Notes: generated from the letters alone by a model not told the origin. DNA of 64,000 nt from a virus (IMGVR_UViG_3300022752_000036:1-64000), one strand, 5' to 3'. Positions 1 to 8,983 are shown, counted from the stretch's first letter. Translations and numbers: made by a program.

Positions 1-356
1 TTGAATCCATTCTCTCTATCAAATAGCATGAAGTCCATCTCTACAATATTAAAAGTATCTTTAATTATAGATAATACTAGATCTAATTCTAGTCGACCAC
101 AAGTATATAGATCTAATTGAAGATGACTTGGATCTACCTCATCCCAGATATGAAAGGCAATATGGCTAGTCTCTATCATAACGATAGCAGTTAAGCCTTT
201 GTTGCCGTCTTTGTCCACATAGCTTGCAAATGGACCCTTTATAATCTTCATGTCGATCTTATTGACCAGATTGGTCAGAAAATCGATTCCCTCTTGTTCT
301 GTAGCAATTGGGTTCTTTACCTTGGCATTTACCAATAAATGTTTATGATATATCAT
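1..356 (-). CDS. speD: S-adenosylmethionine decarboxylase proenzyme (SpeD-like), runs off window start
   Basis: Manually translated, not in ORF track: MIYHKHLLVNAKVKNP...KGLTAIVMIETSHIAFHIWDE...LQLDLYTCG; SH..H.W and D.YTCG motifs of pyruvoyl AdoMetDC; SD AAGGAG upstream. Confidence 0.8.
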   Translation of the reverse strand, partial: MIYHKHLLVNAKVKNPIATEQEGIDFLTNLVNKIDMKIIKGPFASYVDKDGNKGLTAIVMIETSHIAFHIWDEVDPSHLQLDLYTCGRLELDLVLSIIKDTFNIVEMDFMLFDRENGF

Positions 357-365
357 TCTATCTCC

Positions 366-542
366 TTATATTTAATCTCTTCCATGTTCCTCACATACAA
401 AAAATATTAAGTAGCCATCTGCTATGATGCCTACAGATTTCTTCTTACAGTAATGACAAACAGATGCTTTCTGCTTGTTTATCTTTCTTTGTTGATCTAA
501 ATAAGCTGCTATCCAAGGATCTTTAGGTAATGGATAACTCAT
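366..542 (-). CDS. small hypothetical protein with CxxC...CxxH zinc-finger-like motif
   Basis: Manual translation MSYPLPKDPW...CHYCKKK...VCEEHG; ATGA overlap with upstream ORF. Confidence 0.5.
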
Positions 543-796
543 AGTTCTATTACATTACCGCCAGAAGGTAAGCCTGCAAATTCATCCTCTGATTCAATTC
601 CGCCGTGCCATAGCAAATGCATGGATATGTTCTTCAATTCTACTGCACAGTAGCATTCAGGACATGTTTCCATTAAATTGCCTCAGTTACGGTACATCTC
701 AGGCAGACTTTATATGTCTTACCTGTAAATGGGCATGCCCCTGCATTTTCCCATCTATGCTTCTTGAACAAACATATAATTAGATTAAGGTAATAT

Positions 797-1126
797 TTAA
801 GCATTAGATTCCTCTTTATCCATAAGAACTTCCATTAAGTCCATTAAGTCCTTTTCAGCAGTATCGTGAAAATAGTATTTATTGTCTCTTATACTCCATC
901 CCCGCCAGCCATCTACATCTTCCCACATAGCCGTAGCGGTCTTCATCTCTTCGGGATCTGCCATGATACGAGTCAGTGAGTTATACATATTTACTTCGTT
1001 AAATATGGCAGTGCGAAGTCTCTCCCACCTAAACAGCCAATTTACTAGTCTATCCATTGTCCTTTTTATTCCATTTCTCCCAATAGGCCACACCATTTTC
1101 ATCATAGTCTGAACCAAGTTTTTCAA
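797..1126 (-). CDS. hypothetical protein
   Basis: ORF track; co-oriented with neighbours; true start uncertain. Confidence 0.5.
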   Translation of the reverse strand: MKNLVQTMMKMVWPIGRNGIKRTMDRLVNWLFRWERLRTAIFNEVNMYNSLTRIMADPEEMKTATAMWEDVDGWRGWSIRDNKYYFHDTAEKDLMDLMEVLMDKEESNA

Positions 1127-1374
1127 ACAACTCTTTATGTTCTTCTAACACTTCTTCTATTGCCAATTTAAGCTTATATGATCGTTCTCGATCTGAATTA
1201 GTCATTTGCTTCTCTCTTTTCGCCGCACTTTTCGCTTCACTTATTCGTCGTCGAAATCTACTTCAAATGGATCAGATAAATCTAATTGATCTAGACCTTC
1301 TAATGCTTTAAATGTCATAACAGTAGTAATTGCCATGAGAGAAATTAAACCTACTGCCAAGATTAGTTTCTTAT

Positions 1375-1671
1375 TCATTTCTTTTCCTCCAATATCATTT
1401 CAATAATGTCGTAGCAATCGCAAGTACTGGTCATGCACTCTACCGTTCTTAATCCATACCGCCGCTCTTCGCCTTTTGCTGCAAGTAGGTGCTGTTCCTG
1501 TATAAGAGAAGCAATACGTTCTCTTTCAAGCTTTTGGGCTTTCTTACATCCATTACATGGACACTTCCAAACAGTTTTACTATAAGATATCTGGTCTCTT
1601 GGGTCTCTCCATGAATTTTCTGCTGCTTCAAGATCCAATGTTACCCTCTTTGTAATAGTTAATGCTTTCAT
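1375..1671 (-). CDS. hypothetical Cys-rich protein
   Basis: ORF track; CPCNGC and C...CDC motifs. Confidence 0.5.
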   Translation of the reverse strand: MKALTITKRVTLDLEAAENSWRDPRDQISYSKTVWKCPCNGCKKAQKLERERIASLIQEQHLLAAKGEERRYGLRTVECMTSTCDCYDIIEMILEEKK

Positions 1672-2077
1672 TGTATTCGCCGTTTTTCAATTGTCTCCAA
1701 TACGTTCTGTTTCTGTGACAATTAGCGCAAACAATTTCACACTTTTTTATTTCTTCTTCTATTTCTGCAATCGGTTTATTTCTTGAAGAGTTGCCTCCAA
1801 GAGTAAACTTTTTTTCGTATTGTGGTAGATGATCAAATTCGAGTACCCAGTGTGGATAATCTTCTTTACAGTCAGTACACTTCTTGCCCTGTTTAGCTTG
1901 CCTAATGTAGGCTCTATTTCTATGTCTGCTCTGCTTACGTCTATTTGAAGTTTTTTCTTTTTGTCCTGAACCGACGTGGTAGGAAATAGTTCCCTTTGAC
2001 ACGCCTAGTATCTTTTGTATTTGTCTATAGGACTTACCTTCAGCATAAAGCTTTAAGATTTGTTCCTTTTTAGTCAT
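1628..2077 (-). CDS. HTH-HNH endonuclease (free-standing homing-endonuclease-like)
   Basis: N-terminal HTH (GKSYRQIQKILGVSKGTISYH); CTDC, LEFDH, CEIVCANCHRNRT HNH/zinc motifs. Confidence 0.85.
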   Translation of the reverse strand: MTKKEQILKLYAEGKSYRQIQKILGVSKGTISYHVGSGQKEKTSNRRKQSRHRNRAYIRQAKQGKKCTDCKEDYPHWVLEFDHLPQYEKKFTLGGNSSRNKPIAEIEEEIKKCEIVCANCHRNRTYWRQLKNGEYNESINYYKEGNIGS

Positions 2078-2112
2078 GGTTCAATTATACATAAACTGTT
2101 GAACCATGTCAA
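2075..2112 (-). promoter_or_regulatory. sigma70/SigA-type promoter (leaderless) flanked by 10-bp inverted repeat operator
   Basis: TTGACA (2107-2112)-17 bp-TATAAT (2084-2089), ATG 6 nt downstream; CATGGTTCAA (2075-2084) / TTGAACCATG (2099-2108). Confidence 0.8.
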
Positions 2113-2264
2113 GGCTTTACCTTACAGGACTCCAATATAGTTGATATTTTTTTAATTTCTTTGTCGTTCTCAATAGTTATTTTATTCCAAGCAAGGAAAT
2201 TGACAACTAGGAGTAGCGCCATGAATGCCAGAATAATTTTATCTCTCATACAATAAATTATACC

Positions 2265-2960
2265 CTATTTATATTCTTTTCTATTCCAATAGTTGCTTTT
2301 GTAGTATCCTCTTATCTTAGATCTACTTTTAATATCTTGTATCATGCCTTGTTTACTTAATGATTCGTCTATCTCTGAGCTCCAAGACTCTCTTTTAAAT
2401 GGAATAATTTGAATTATTGGGGTTCCCGCCTCAATAATTCCTTCAAAATCTTTTTTAAGGGCAAATGGCTGACGACCCCAAACGCCCCAGTTGTCTGTAT
2501 CCATCACTCCTGTTGTTGTTATAAATGGAAGATCAGTTCTATTAAATGGCTGTGTCAGTAAACAACTGTATCCTTTTGGAGTTTTAATTCCCCAATGAGA
2601 TTGCCAAGAAAATATGAATGGGTGAAAGTTTTTATACATAGGAATTTCATATATTGGATCTCTTTGCACAACCTCTGCAAGATCATCGTATGTATGATTC
2701 CATGAAACGTAAGGCAAACCATTTACCTGCTTAACAAATACATCTGCCCATAAATTAAAGGTATAACCAGTTGAATATGAGTCTATAAATGGTATACAGC
2801 TTTTAACAGAATAGTTAGATTGACCACCGTACACATTTAACTCAGTATCACCATTAGTATAGTTTGGTATATCTTTAAACCAACTTGGTATACGTGCTGG
2901 CTGAGGACATGGAATAATCTCCTTAACCAGGTCGTTCTTGGGATAGAATTTAATTTTCAT
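2265..2960 (-). CDS. dUTPase-fold-like hypothetical protein (paralog 1)
   Basis: GVMDTD and GTPIIQIIPFKRE resemble dUTPase motifs III/IV; clear paralog of next gene. Confidence 0.6.
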   Translation of the reverse strand: MKIKFYPKNDLVKEIIPCPQPARIPSWFKDIPNYTNGDTELNVYGGQSNYSVKSCIPFIDSYSTGYTFNLWADVFVKQVNGLPYVSWNHTYDDLAEVVQRDPIYEIPMYKNFHPFIFSWQSHWGIKTPKGYSCLLTQPFNRTDLPFITTTGVMDTDNWGVWGRQPFALKKDFEGIIEAGTPIIQIIPFKRESWSSEIDESLSKQGMIQDIKSRSKIRGYYKSNYWNRKEYK

Positions 2961-3661
2961 TTATATTCTTTTCTTGCCCAGAATGTGTTACGGTATGCGT
3001 CAAATAGCTTTGCAGCAATTGTCCTTTGATTCTTAAAATTTCTTTTTTTATCTAATGGCACTATCTCCATATGATACGATTCTCTTTTAAATGGAATAAC
3101 TTGAGCAATTGGAGTCCCCGCCTCTATCATTCCCTCAAAATATTTATCTTTTAGATTAAAGGGAAGAGCAACCTTTTCATAATAAGTATCTGTGTCAACT
3201 ATTCCAGGTAGGATTACAATCTGATTGTCTCTGTGCATTGGAGGCAAAAACATACATGAGTACCCTGGCTCTGTTTTTATGATCCATGGGTTCTCTATTT
3301 TTAATTGATAGCCTAGGTTATTTTCTGGATGATTCTGTACTTGAAATGGAGCATGACTACTCAAGACATCAGTATCTTTTTGAGTACCGCCTTCAGACCT
3401 CCAGTGGAAATAAGGTCCATTTTCTGTTTGTTCTATATAAAAATCTTGTTGTAATACAATCATATACCCAGCAGTCATTGCATCAAATACTGGAACGCAC
3501 TTCTTTATTGTGCTGAATGGTTGATCTTTTAATGGCTTTTTTACATCGTTCGCATATGATTTAGCTTCCTTATACCAATCTGGAACAAACTTACTTGATG
3601 GCGCAGGATTATATATAGCATCTGTATCATCATATCTTGAAAACTCAATTTTTTTAGCCAT
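2957..3661 (-). CDS. dUTPase-fold-like hypothetical protein (paralog 2)
   Basis: GIVDTD, GTPIAQVIPFKRE; shares K.C.P..D...GY, W.IKT..GYSC and W.RKEYK end with paralog 1; leaderless promoter TTGACA-18-TATAAT at 3667-3696. Confidence 0.6.
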   Translation of the reverse strand: MAKKIEFSRYDDTDAIYNPAPSSKFVPDWYKEAKSYANDVKKPLKDQPFSTIKKCVPVFDAMTAGYMIVLQQDFYIEQTENGPYFHWRSEGGTQKDTDVLSSHAPFQVQNHPENNLGYQLKIENPWIIKTEPGYSCMFLPPMHRDNQIVILPGIVDTDTYYEKVALPFNLKDKYFEGMIEAGTPIAQVIPFKRESYHMEIVPLDKKRNFKNQRTIAAKLFDAYRNTFWARKEYK

Positions 3662-3764
3662 ATTATATTATAGATTAATATCTTCCGCTTTGTCAATAGC
3701 ATCATCCATACTATATGGATGCTCTTTTGTACATTTACCGCATTCTTTACACATAATTTAATAA

Positions 3765-3780
3765 GGCCCCTTGCGGGGCC
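3765..3780 (-). terminator. intrinsic terminator-like hairpin
   Basis: GGCCCC-GCAA-GGGGCC on minus strand followed by TTATT, just after 3786..4010 ORF. Confidence 0.6.
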
Positions 3781-3785
3781 CTATC

Positions 3786-4010
3786 TTATACTTTCTTAGG
3801 TCTTCCGCTTCGTTTTGGTGGCTGAACTGCACTTCTTTCTCTACGAATTCCGTGCTTATTTCTGTCAATAATAATTCCAGATCTTTGGTTATTGACTCCT
3901 GATTTAAACTTTCCTTGAGTAGGCTTTTTTCTTCCTACTTCTTGAGAAGTTACTGCACCTGAAGCAGATGGATTAGCTGGTGAATCCATTCCTGTTCCAT
4001 TATTACTCAT
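3786..4010 (-). CDS. small basic hypothetical protein
   Basis: ORF track; Lys/Arg-rich C-terminus; followed by hairpin. Confidence 0.55.
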   Translation of the reverse strand: MSNNGTGMDSPANPSASGAVTSQEVGRKKPTQGKFKSGVNNQRSGIIIDRNKHGIRRERSAVQPPKRSGRPKKV

Positions 4011-4152
4011 TAATAAATCTTTCTCTTTGTTCTGGAGTTGCAGTCATCTTAAATGTGAGTCCTGATTCTCCATCCTTTGAAACATCATTAATAGTTACGC
4101 TAGAAATACCTGTTTCGCTTCCAACGCTTTCGCATCCGCATTCTACGCACAT
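4003..4152 (-). CDS. small hypothetical protein (MCVECGC...)
   Basis: Manual translation, 49 aa, coupled to neighbours. Confidence 0.5.
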   Translation of the reverse strand: MCVECGCESVGSETGISSVTINDVSKDGESGLTFKMTATPEQRERFINE

Positions 4153-4153
4153 G

Positions 4154-4312
4154 TTACTTACCGCCGTTGCCTACGCCTGCGCCGTCTTGTGTGGACTTGT
4201 CTGTAGCAGAAAAATTCTTATTTGGATCTGCTGCATACTGTACTCCGCTCCAAGATGTTGTTGTTACTGGCTTTGTTTCATTAAAGCCCTTCAAGTCTTT
4301 TCCGTCTGACAT
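4154..4312 (-). CDS. small hypothetical protein (MSDGKDLKGF...)
   Basis: Manual translation, 52 aa, SD AGGAG, extended -10 promoter at 4368-4376. Confidence 0.55.
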   Translation of the reverse strand: MSDGKDLKGFNETKPVTTTSWSGVQYAADPNKNFSATDKSTQDGAGVGNGGK

Positions 4313-4516
4313 AATATATCTCCTATAGGGTTAATTTAGATGGGTCTAGAAGTCCATCCATATATCAATTATAGCATTTAGTCGATTAGAATGGCTAGAT
4401 CTTATACATCTTATGCCAACAGTCACTACAAATGTCTATAATCCCGCCTTCAGGCTTAGCTGCTAATCTTGTAGCTTTATTATTGCAGCCAGCCGTCTGG
4501 CATATTTCATTAAACA

Positions 4517-4726
4517 TTACTTGCCCTTCTTAGGAGCCTTTTTAACAGTCTTTTTAGCTGTAGACTTTTTAACTGGAGCCTTTTTAGTTGGCGCCTTTTT
4601 AACAGTCTTTTTAGCAGCAGGCTTCTTCGGAGCTAATTCCTCAACAACAACAGAAGCTGTTACTGCTTTTGAATATGACTCTTCATTGATTCCCAAGAAC
4701 TTCTTGATTGATTTTGCGATGCTCAT
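4517..4726 (-). CDS. histone H1-like Lys/Ala-rich protein
   Basis: KKPAAKKTVKKAPTKKAPVKK repeats; SD upstream. Confidence 0.65.
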   Translation of the reverse strand: MSIAKSIKKFLGINEESYSKAVTASVVVEELAPKKPAAKKTVKKAPTKKAPVKKSTAKKTVKKAPKKGK

Positions 4727-4853
4727 ATGTTTCCTTTCTTGATTATTTTGATTACGTATTTAATTACGTCTCTAGGACGCCACTCTGGTGGCAGTTCTAA
4801 ACCTTCTATTTCTTTTGCTATTCTATCTCTTATTTGATCTTCAATATAATCCA

Positions 4854-5627
4854 TTATATTAAATTTTCTTTTATCTTTTTTAAGACTATATCTCTTGTTC
4901 TAGTCTTTCTAAATATATCGTAAGACTTTTGTAATGGCATTTTATAGCCATACATATGTTTTGCATTGATACATTTTCTTGAATATGTATCAATTTCTTT
5001 TGTTAATTCAAACCTAATTAAGTTAACTTTTTTATCAGTTAAAAAATTAACATAAAATATTGGTTCATCTTTTTTGAAATTAATATGTCCTTCGTTTCCA
5101 TAAAGCTGAATTTCTACATTTAAAGTTCTAAACCATTGTCCTATATCAAATTGACCACTAGTTAAAAATCCATATTTTTGATATTCTACCTGTTGCAAAT
5201 AAGGTCCAGTAAGTTGAATCTCCAATGGCTCTTCTGCAAACATGTGCAGGCGATAGGCAAACTCAACACTTGGACCAACGGTCATAGTTTGATTTCTTGG
5301 TGGAGTAACTGCCATAAAAGCTTCTGTTGTTGGTCTAATTTCAATTTGATTTACATCATAAGATCCAGCCTTATACTCATAGCCACAGTCGATTGGCCAA
5401 TTCCATGCATATAAATTTTTTGATAAATTCTTAAATGCTGGACAATTTATAAAGGATTGCTGTTCTTTGTCTTTAGTATCTTTAATATCAAATTGTGTCC
5501 AGTGTTTAAATACGTTGACTGGATCATGATATAGCATATTCCAATTTCCAATTGGACCGTCATCTTCAGGAACAGAGTGAGGAGCCCAATATACGTTGAT
5601 TGATTTGCTATTTTTATTTAATTTCAT
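4854..5627 (-). CDS. hypothetical protein, possible distant dUTPase-fold paralog
   Basis: CPAF, GQFDIGQWFR, KDEPIFY segments loosely parallel the 2265-3661 pair. Confidence 0.5.
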   Translation of the reverse strand: MKLNKNSKSINVYWAPHSVPEDDGPIGNWNMLYHDPVNVFKHWTQFDIKDTKDKEQQSFINCPAFKNLSKNLYAWNWPIDCGYEYKAGSYDVNQIEIRPTTEAFMAVTPPRNQTMTVGPSVEFAYRLHMFAEEPLEIQLTGPYLQQVEYQKYGFLTSGQFDIGQWFRTLNVEIQLYGNEGHINFKKDEPIFYVNFLTDKKVNLIRFELTKEIDTYSRKCINAKHMYGYKMPLQKSYDIFRKTRTRDIVLKKIKENLI

Positions 5628-5647
5628 ATTTTTTTTCTATTAGTATA

Positions 5648-5676
5648 ATGGCGGTAGGGATTTACCCTACCGCCAT
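5648..5676. terminator. strong hairpin terminator
   Basis: 12-bp perfect stem ATGGCGGTAGGG / CCCTACCGCCAT immediately after 5684..6733. Confidence 0.75.
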
Positions 5677-5683
5677 CTTTTTA

Positions 5684-6733
5684 CTACTTAAGTGTTGCTA
5701 CCTTTGCCTTTGGGAATTTTGTATTCCACTTCTTTGCAAGGGTATTAAATACTGCCTTAAGATCAGCAAGCGCCTTATCTGAAGCCGCCTTATCTGCTAC
5801 ACGAGCAGCCTTTTCATCAGAAAGAGCCTTGTCTGCTGCAACTTTGTCTGCTGCACGAGCAGCCTTCTCTGTTGCAAGGGCAGTCTCTGCTGCAGCCTTA
5901 GCAGCATTTGCTGCTGCAAGTTGTGCTGTAAGGTCTGCTACCTGTGCTGAAAGATCAGTTACGGCAATTACCTTTACTGCTGAAGATGATGGTGTACTGA
6001 ATCCAGTTACTGCTGTTGCCATATCTGCAGATGCAGCATATGCAACGATTGTTACTGGACCAGTTGCTGGTGCAACAAACTTAACGTCTGCTGTACCAAA
6101 ATTTGTTAGACCAGATCCTGTTGTTACAGTATTTGTGTCTAGTGTTGCACCATTAGCAATTGCTGAAATTGACTTTCCAGAAATCTTGTTTCCGAATACG
6201 TCAACTGCGCCAATTGTTACAGTGACTGATGTACCTGCTGCTGCTGAATTTGCTCCTGCTAGAGTAAGCTTATCAATTGCACCAGCAATTCCTTGTACAT
6301 AATATGTTGTTGTGGTTCCACCATTTGTAATGGCTACTGAACCAATTGCTGTCGTTTTAGTATATACGTAAAACGTTGCTGTTGTACCTGTTCCAACATT
6401 CTGTGACCAGGTAGCAGATCCTGAAGATGCTGTTACTGGAGCAGTTGATGTTGCTACTGCTGGTACTACTGTTGCGTTTGTTGCGACTACTGAAACTACT
6501 GTGCCAGTGTCTACTGTTACAACGAATTCGACTGTATCTGCTGTGTCTACAGAGTTATCTGTTGGTACAGGCAGAGTAATCGGTGTAGTTGCTGCTGTTC
6601 CAAGGGTAGTTGTTGTACCCGCCTTCTTTACAGAAGTGATTGACATAGGTGCAGCACTTGCAGATGTTGCAACAAGGGTGCTCATTGTCATGGCTGCAAC
6701 CACGGCTAGAGCGATTTTCTTAAATGAGTTCAT
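5684..6733 (-). CDS. secreted S-layer/surface-like protein with C-terminal coiled coil
   Basis: Sec signal MNSFKKIALAVVAAMTMSTLVATSASA; Thr/Ala/Val-rich beta body; Ala/Lys coiled coil ending LAKKWNTKFPKAKV; strong SD, 5' hairpin and terminator. Confidence 0.65.
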   Translation of the reverse strand: MNSFKKIALAVVAAMTMSTLVATSASAAPMSITSVKKAGTTTTLGTAATTPITLPVPTDNSVDTADTVEFVVTVDTGTVVSVVATNATVVPAVATSTAPVTASSGSATWSQNVGTGTTATFYVYTKTTAIGSVAITNGGTTTTYYVQGIAGAIDKLTLAGANSAAAGTSVTVTIGAVDVFGNKISGKSISAIANGATLDTNTVTTGSGLTNFGTADVKFVAPATGPVTIVAYAASADMATAVTGFSTPSSSAVKVIAVTDLSAQVADLTAQLAAANAAKAAAETALATEKAARAADKVAADKALSDEKAARVADKAASDKALADLKAVFNTLAKKWNTKFPKAKVATLK

Positions 6734-6783
6734 TTAATTTATTTCTCCTTATTTGTTTATCCACCTCTTATGAGCGTGGAATT

Positions 6784-7017
6784 CTATTTTGTGTACGAGT
6801 TCCGCCATTGTGACGGTGAGTGATTATTCTCAATTTCTTTTTTCATATCAATGTCTTCGTACATTCGAACAATATGCATGCAAGGGTCTAGACCTTCGTC
6901 AAACTCTTGCATCTCTTGCTCAGACATTGGTAGTCCGTCATGTGTGTAGCATACAGGCGGTCCGCACCAACCTTTTTTAATCCCATATGACTGCCATTCA
7001 TCAAAACTTAAATCCAT
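6784..7017 (-). CDS. hypothetical protein
   Basis: ORF track; GWCGPPVCYTHDG...DPCMH motif. Confidence 0.55.
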   Translation of the reverse strand: MDLSFDEWQSYGIKKGWCGPPVCYTHDGLPMSEQEMQEFDEGLDPCMHIVRMYEDIDMKKEIENNHSPSQWRNSYTK

Positions 7018-7319
7018 TGCTTTAACTCTTCCATAAGAGCATGCTTGGGCTTTGCGCCATGCACTATATGCACTGGTTTTCCATCAACAAATAATACCAT
7101 AGTTGGTATTGTTTGTACAGCGTATTCTTTAGTTTTTTCTAAATTCTCATCAATATTTAACTTACCAATGAGTAATCCAGTCTCTGATGAAATCTCATCA
7201 AGTATTGGCGACACCTTTCTACATGGCCCACACCACTCCGCCCAGAAATCAACCAATATTTTTGTGCTGCTAGAAACAGCTTCATCAAAATTATTATCAT
7301 TAAGCAACAAGCTTGCCAT
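7008..7319 (-). CDS. trxA: thioredoxin
   Basis: VDFWAEWCGPC active site; IPT cis-Pro motif. Confidence 0.95.
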   Translation of the reverse strand: MASLLLNDNNFDEAVSSSTKILVDFWAEWCGPCRKVSPILDEISSETGLLIGKLNIDENLEKTKEYAVQTIPTMVLFVDGKPVHIVHGAKPKHALMEELKQWI

Positions 7320-7800
7320 ATTTTACCTCATGAGTAGGCCAATAGTACTGGCATTTATCGCAACATGGCTTGTTATATGGATCACTTACTGCAGAAGCAA
7401 ATTCAACATAAAATATTGGATCTTTACGATATAGATTTGCCTTATGCGTAGCATTTACACGCTTAATAATTGTTGGTGTAGAAGCCCAAATGGGTGTGTT
7501 ATCTTCCCACATTAAAGACTTACGATCACGAGATAAGGATTCTAGGTTAGCTTTATTCTTGTCTGTTTTGATTCCACGCATGTCTGCTAGTACTACTGCG
7601 GTCATTGCATAACGATAAAGTTCCGCTTCTGCCCCTTCCCACATTAACACAGCAGGATGATTGCGCCAAGCATTAGACTTGGAGTTGCCAGTCAAAATAT
7701 TTAATATTTGATAGCATTCTAAAATTTGTTTATTTAATCTTTTACTATCCAATGCATCTAAGCTGTTACGCTTTGCTGGATAAGGTAGAAATGTTTGCAT
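7300..7800 (-). CDS. pyrimidine dimer DNA glycosylase (DenV/Pyr_excise-like)
   Basis: MQTFLP..LD.KRL.KQ..E..QI, W..HPA..MW.G, H...L.RKDP..Y, YYWP motifs; leaderless promoter 7807-7835. Confidence 0.8.
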   Translation of the reverse strand: MQTFLPYPAKRNSLDALDSKRLNKQILECYQILNILTGNSKSNAWRNHPAVLMWEGAEAELYRYAMTAVVLADMRGIKTDKNKANLESLSRDRKSLMWEDNTPIWASTPTIIKRVNATHKANLYRKDPIFYVEFASAVSDPYNKPCCDKCQYYWPTHEVKYGKLVA

Positions 7801-7822
7801 AGTCCTATCTTACTAAATAAAA

Positions 7823-7848
7823 AGGGGCAAGTCAATACCTGCCCCTTA
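7823..7848 (-). terminator. hairpin terminator overlapping the -35 of the downstream promoter
   Basis: AGGGGCA...TGCCCCT stem with T-run on minus strand. Confidence 0.55.
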
Positions 7849-7851
7849 TCT

Positions 7852-8076
7852 TCAATTATTTTTTAATGCTTCTGCTGCTGCATTAAATCTATTCATGAAT
7901 TCTTGAATAACCCAAAAAGTTGTATCTGTAGCATTTTGCCTTAAAGCTTTTGATACTTCTTCTGTTTTTTGTTCATCAGATCCTGCGTTATACCATTTTT
8001 GATATAATTCATTAGCAATGTCTGTAATTATTCCTTCTAAAACAGTTACTTGTTTTTCACTCACGAATTGCTCCAT
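7852..8076 (-). CDS. hypothetical protein
   Basis: ORF track. Confidence 0.5.
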   Translation of the reverse strand: MEQFVSEKQVTVLEGIITDIANELYQKWYNAGSDEQKTEEVSKALRQNATDTTFWVIQEFMNRFNAAAEALKNN

Positions 8077-8983
8077 CTTGATTAATTAATCTTGCATTCT
8101 TTACTTTAGAATTGCTAGTTATTGTTGCAGTTTTTGCAATTAGATCATACATTTGAGACACAGTAAATCCTGGCTTAACAGACTTTATAGCAAGCCACTG
8201 TGCTGCTGCAATTTGAATTGATGCAGAAGTTCCAGCCAATGGAACTTTTACGTTTCCTGGACCATAAGATATTGTTGTGCCTTGTGCATAAAAATCAATA
8301 AGCTTTGAATCATAATTTGAATAGACTGCAACAGCCTTAGTCGGCATTGTTGCACCAATTGCTATTGATTCTGGAAGACAGGCTGGCCAGTTAATTCTTG
8401 ATAGATCAAAATCATTACCTGCTGGTAAAAATACTGGAATGCCAAAATCCAACAACGATTTAATCTTAGACTGAGTTACTGGGGTTCTTGGACAGTATTC
8501 TGTGCCAGCAACAAAATTTCTTGCTGATTGTGCCATTGTGACTGCCTGAATATTATATTTTGAATAGTTGTCAATTACCCATTGAAGAGCATTAAATACT
8601 GTTTGTTCTGTTGCTACTTGACGAATTCCATCAGGATTATTTCCAATGATGCGAACAAAAACAATATTCATTTCTGGATTAGTAACAGCAGCAAGATATG
8701 CCATTTGTGTTCCATGATCAAATCCATTTTTTGTAATTAGATTTGCAGGAAGAGTTGCTGCACCAGGTCCTTCTTGAATCTTTTGTCCATTTGGACATGG
8801 ACCACGCTCAAGAACACAAACTTCTTGAATAATTCTATCTTTAAAAATTGGTAGTGATGTGTCAATCGCTGTATCTAGGATTGCTATCGATGGTTTTAAA
8901 TTAGTGTTCTTCAATGAAGCATTTGCCGCTACAGGAAGAAGTAGAGTAATAGCCACTAGGGCAGTTGTTAGTTTTTTATGCAT
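8057..8983 (-). CDS. secreted subtilisin-like serine protease (S8)
   Basis: Signal peptide; triad motifs AILDTAID, HGTQMA, AGTSAS; oxyanion AGN. Confidence 0.9.
   Translation of the reverse strand: MHKKLTTALVAITLLLPVAANASLKNTNLKPSIAILDTAIDTSLPIFKDRIIQEVCVLERGPCPNGQKIQEGPGAATLPANLITKNGFDHGTQMAYLAAVTNPEMNIVFVRIIGNNPDGIRQVATEQTVFNALQWVIDNYSKYNIQAVTMAQSARNFVAGTEYCPRTPVTQSKIKSLLDFGIPVFLPAGNDFDLSRINWPACLPESIAIGATMPTKAVAVYSNYDSKLIDFYAQGTTISYGPGNVKVPLAGTSASIQIAAAQWLAIKSVKPGFTVSQMYDLIAKTATITSNSKVKNARLINQDGAIRE

Noticed and set aside
5829-6737. Plus-strand ORFs here and elsewhere (e.g. 12252-12872, 47567-47869, 56661-57029)
   Set aside because: Antisense shadows of Ala/Thr-rich minus-strand genes; no SD or recognisable motifs.
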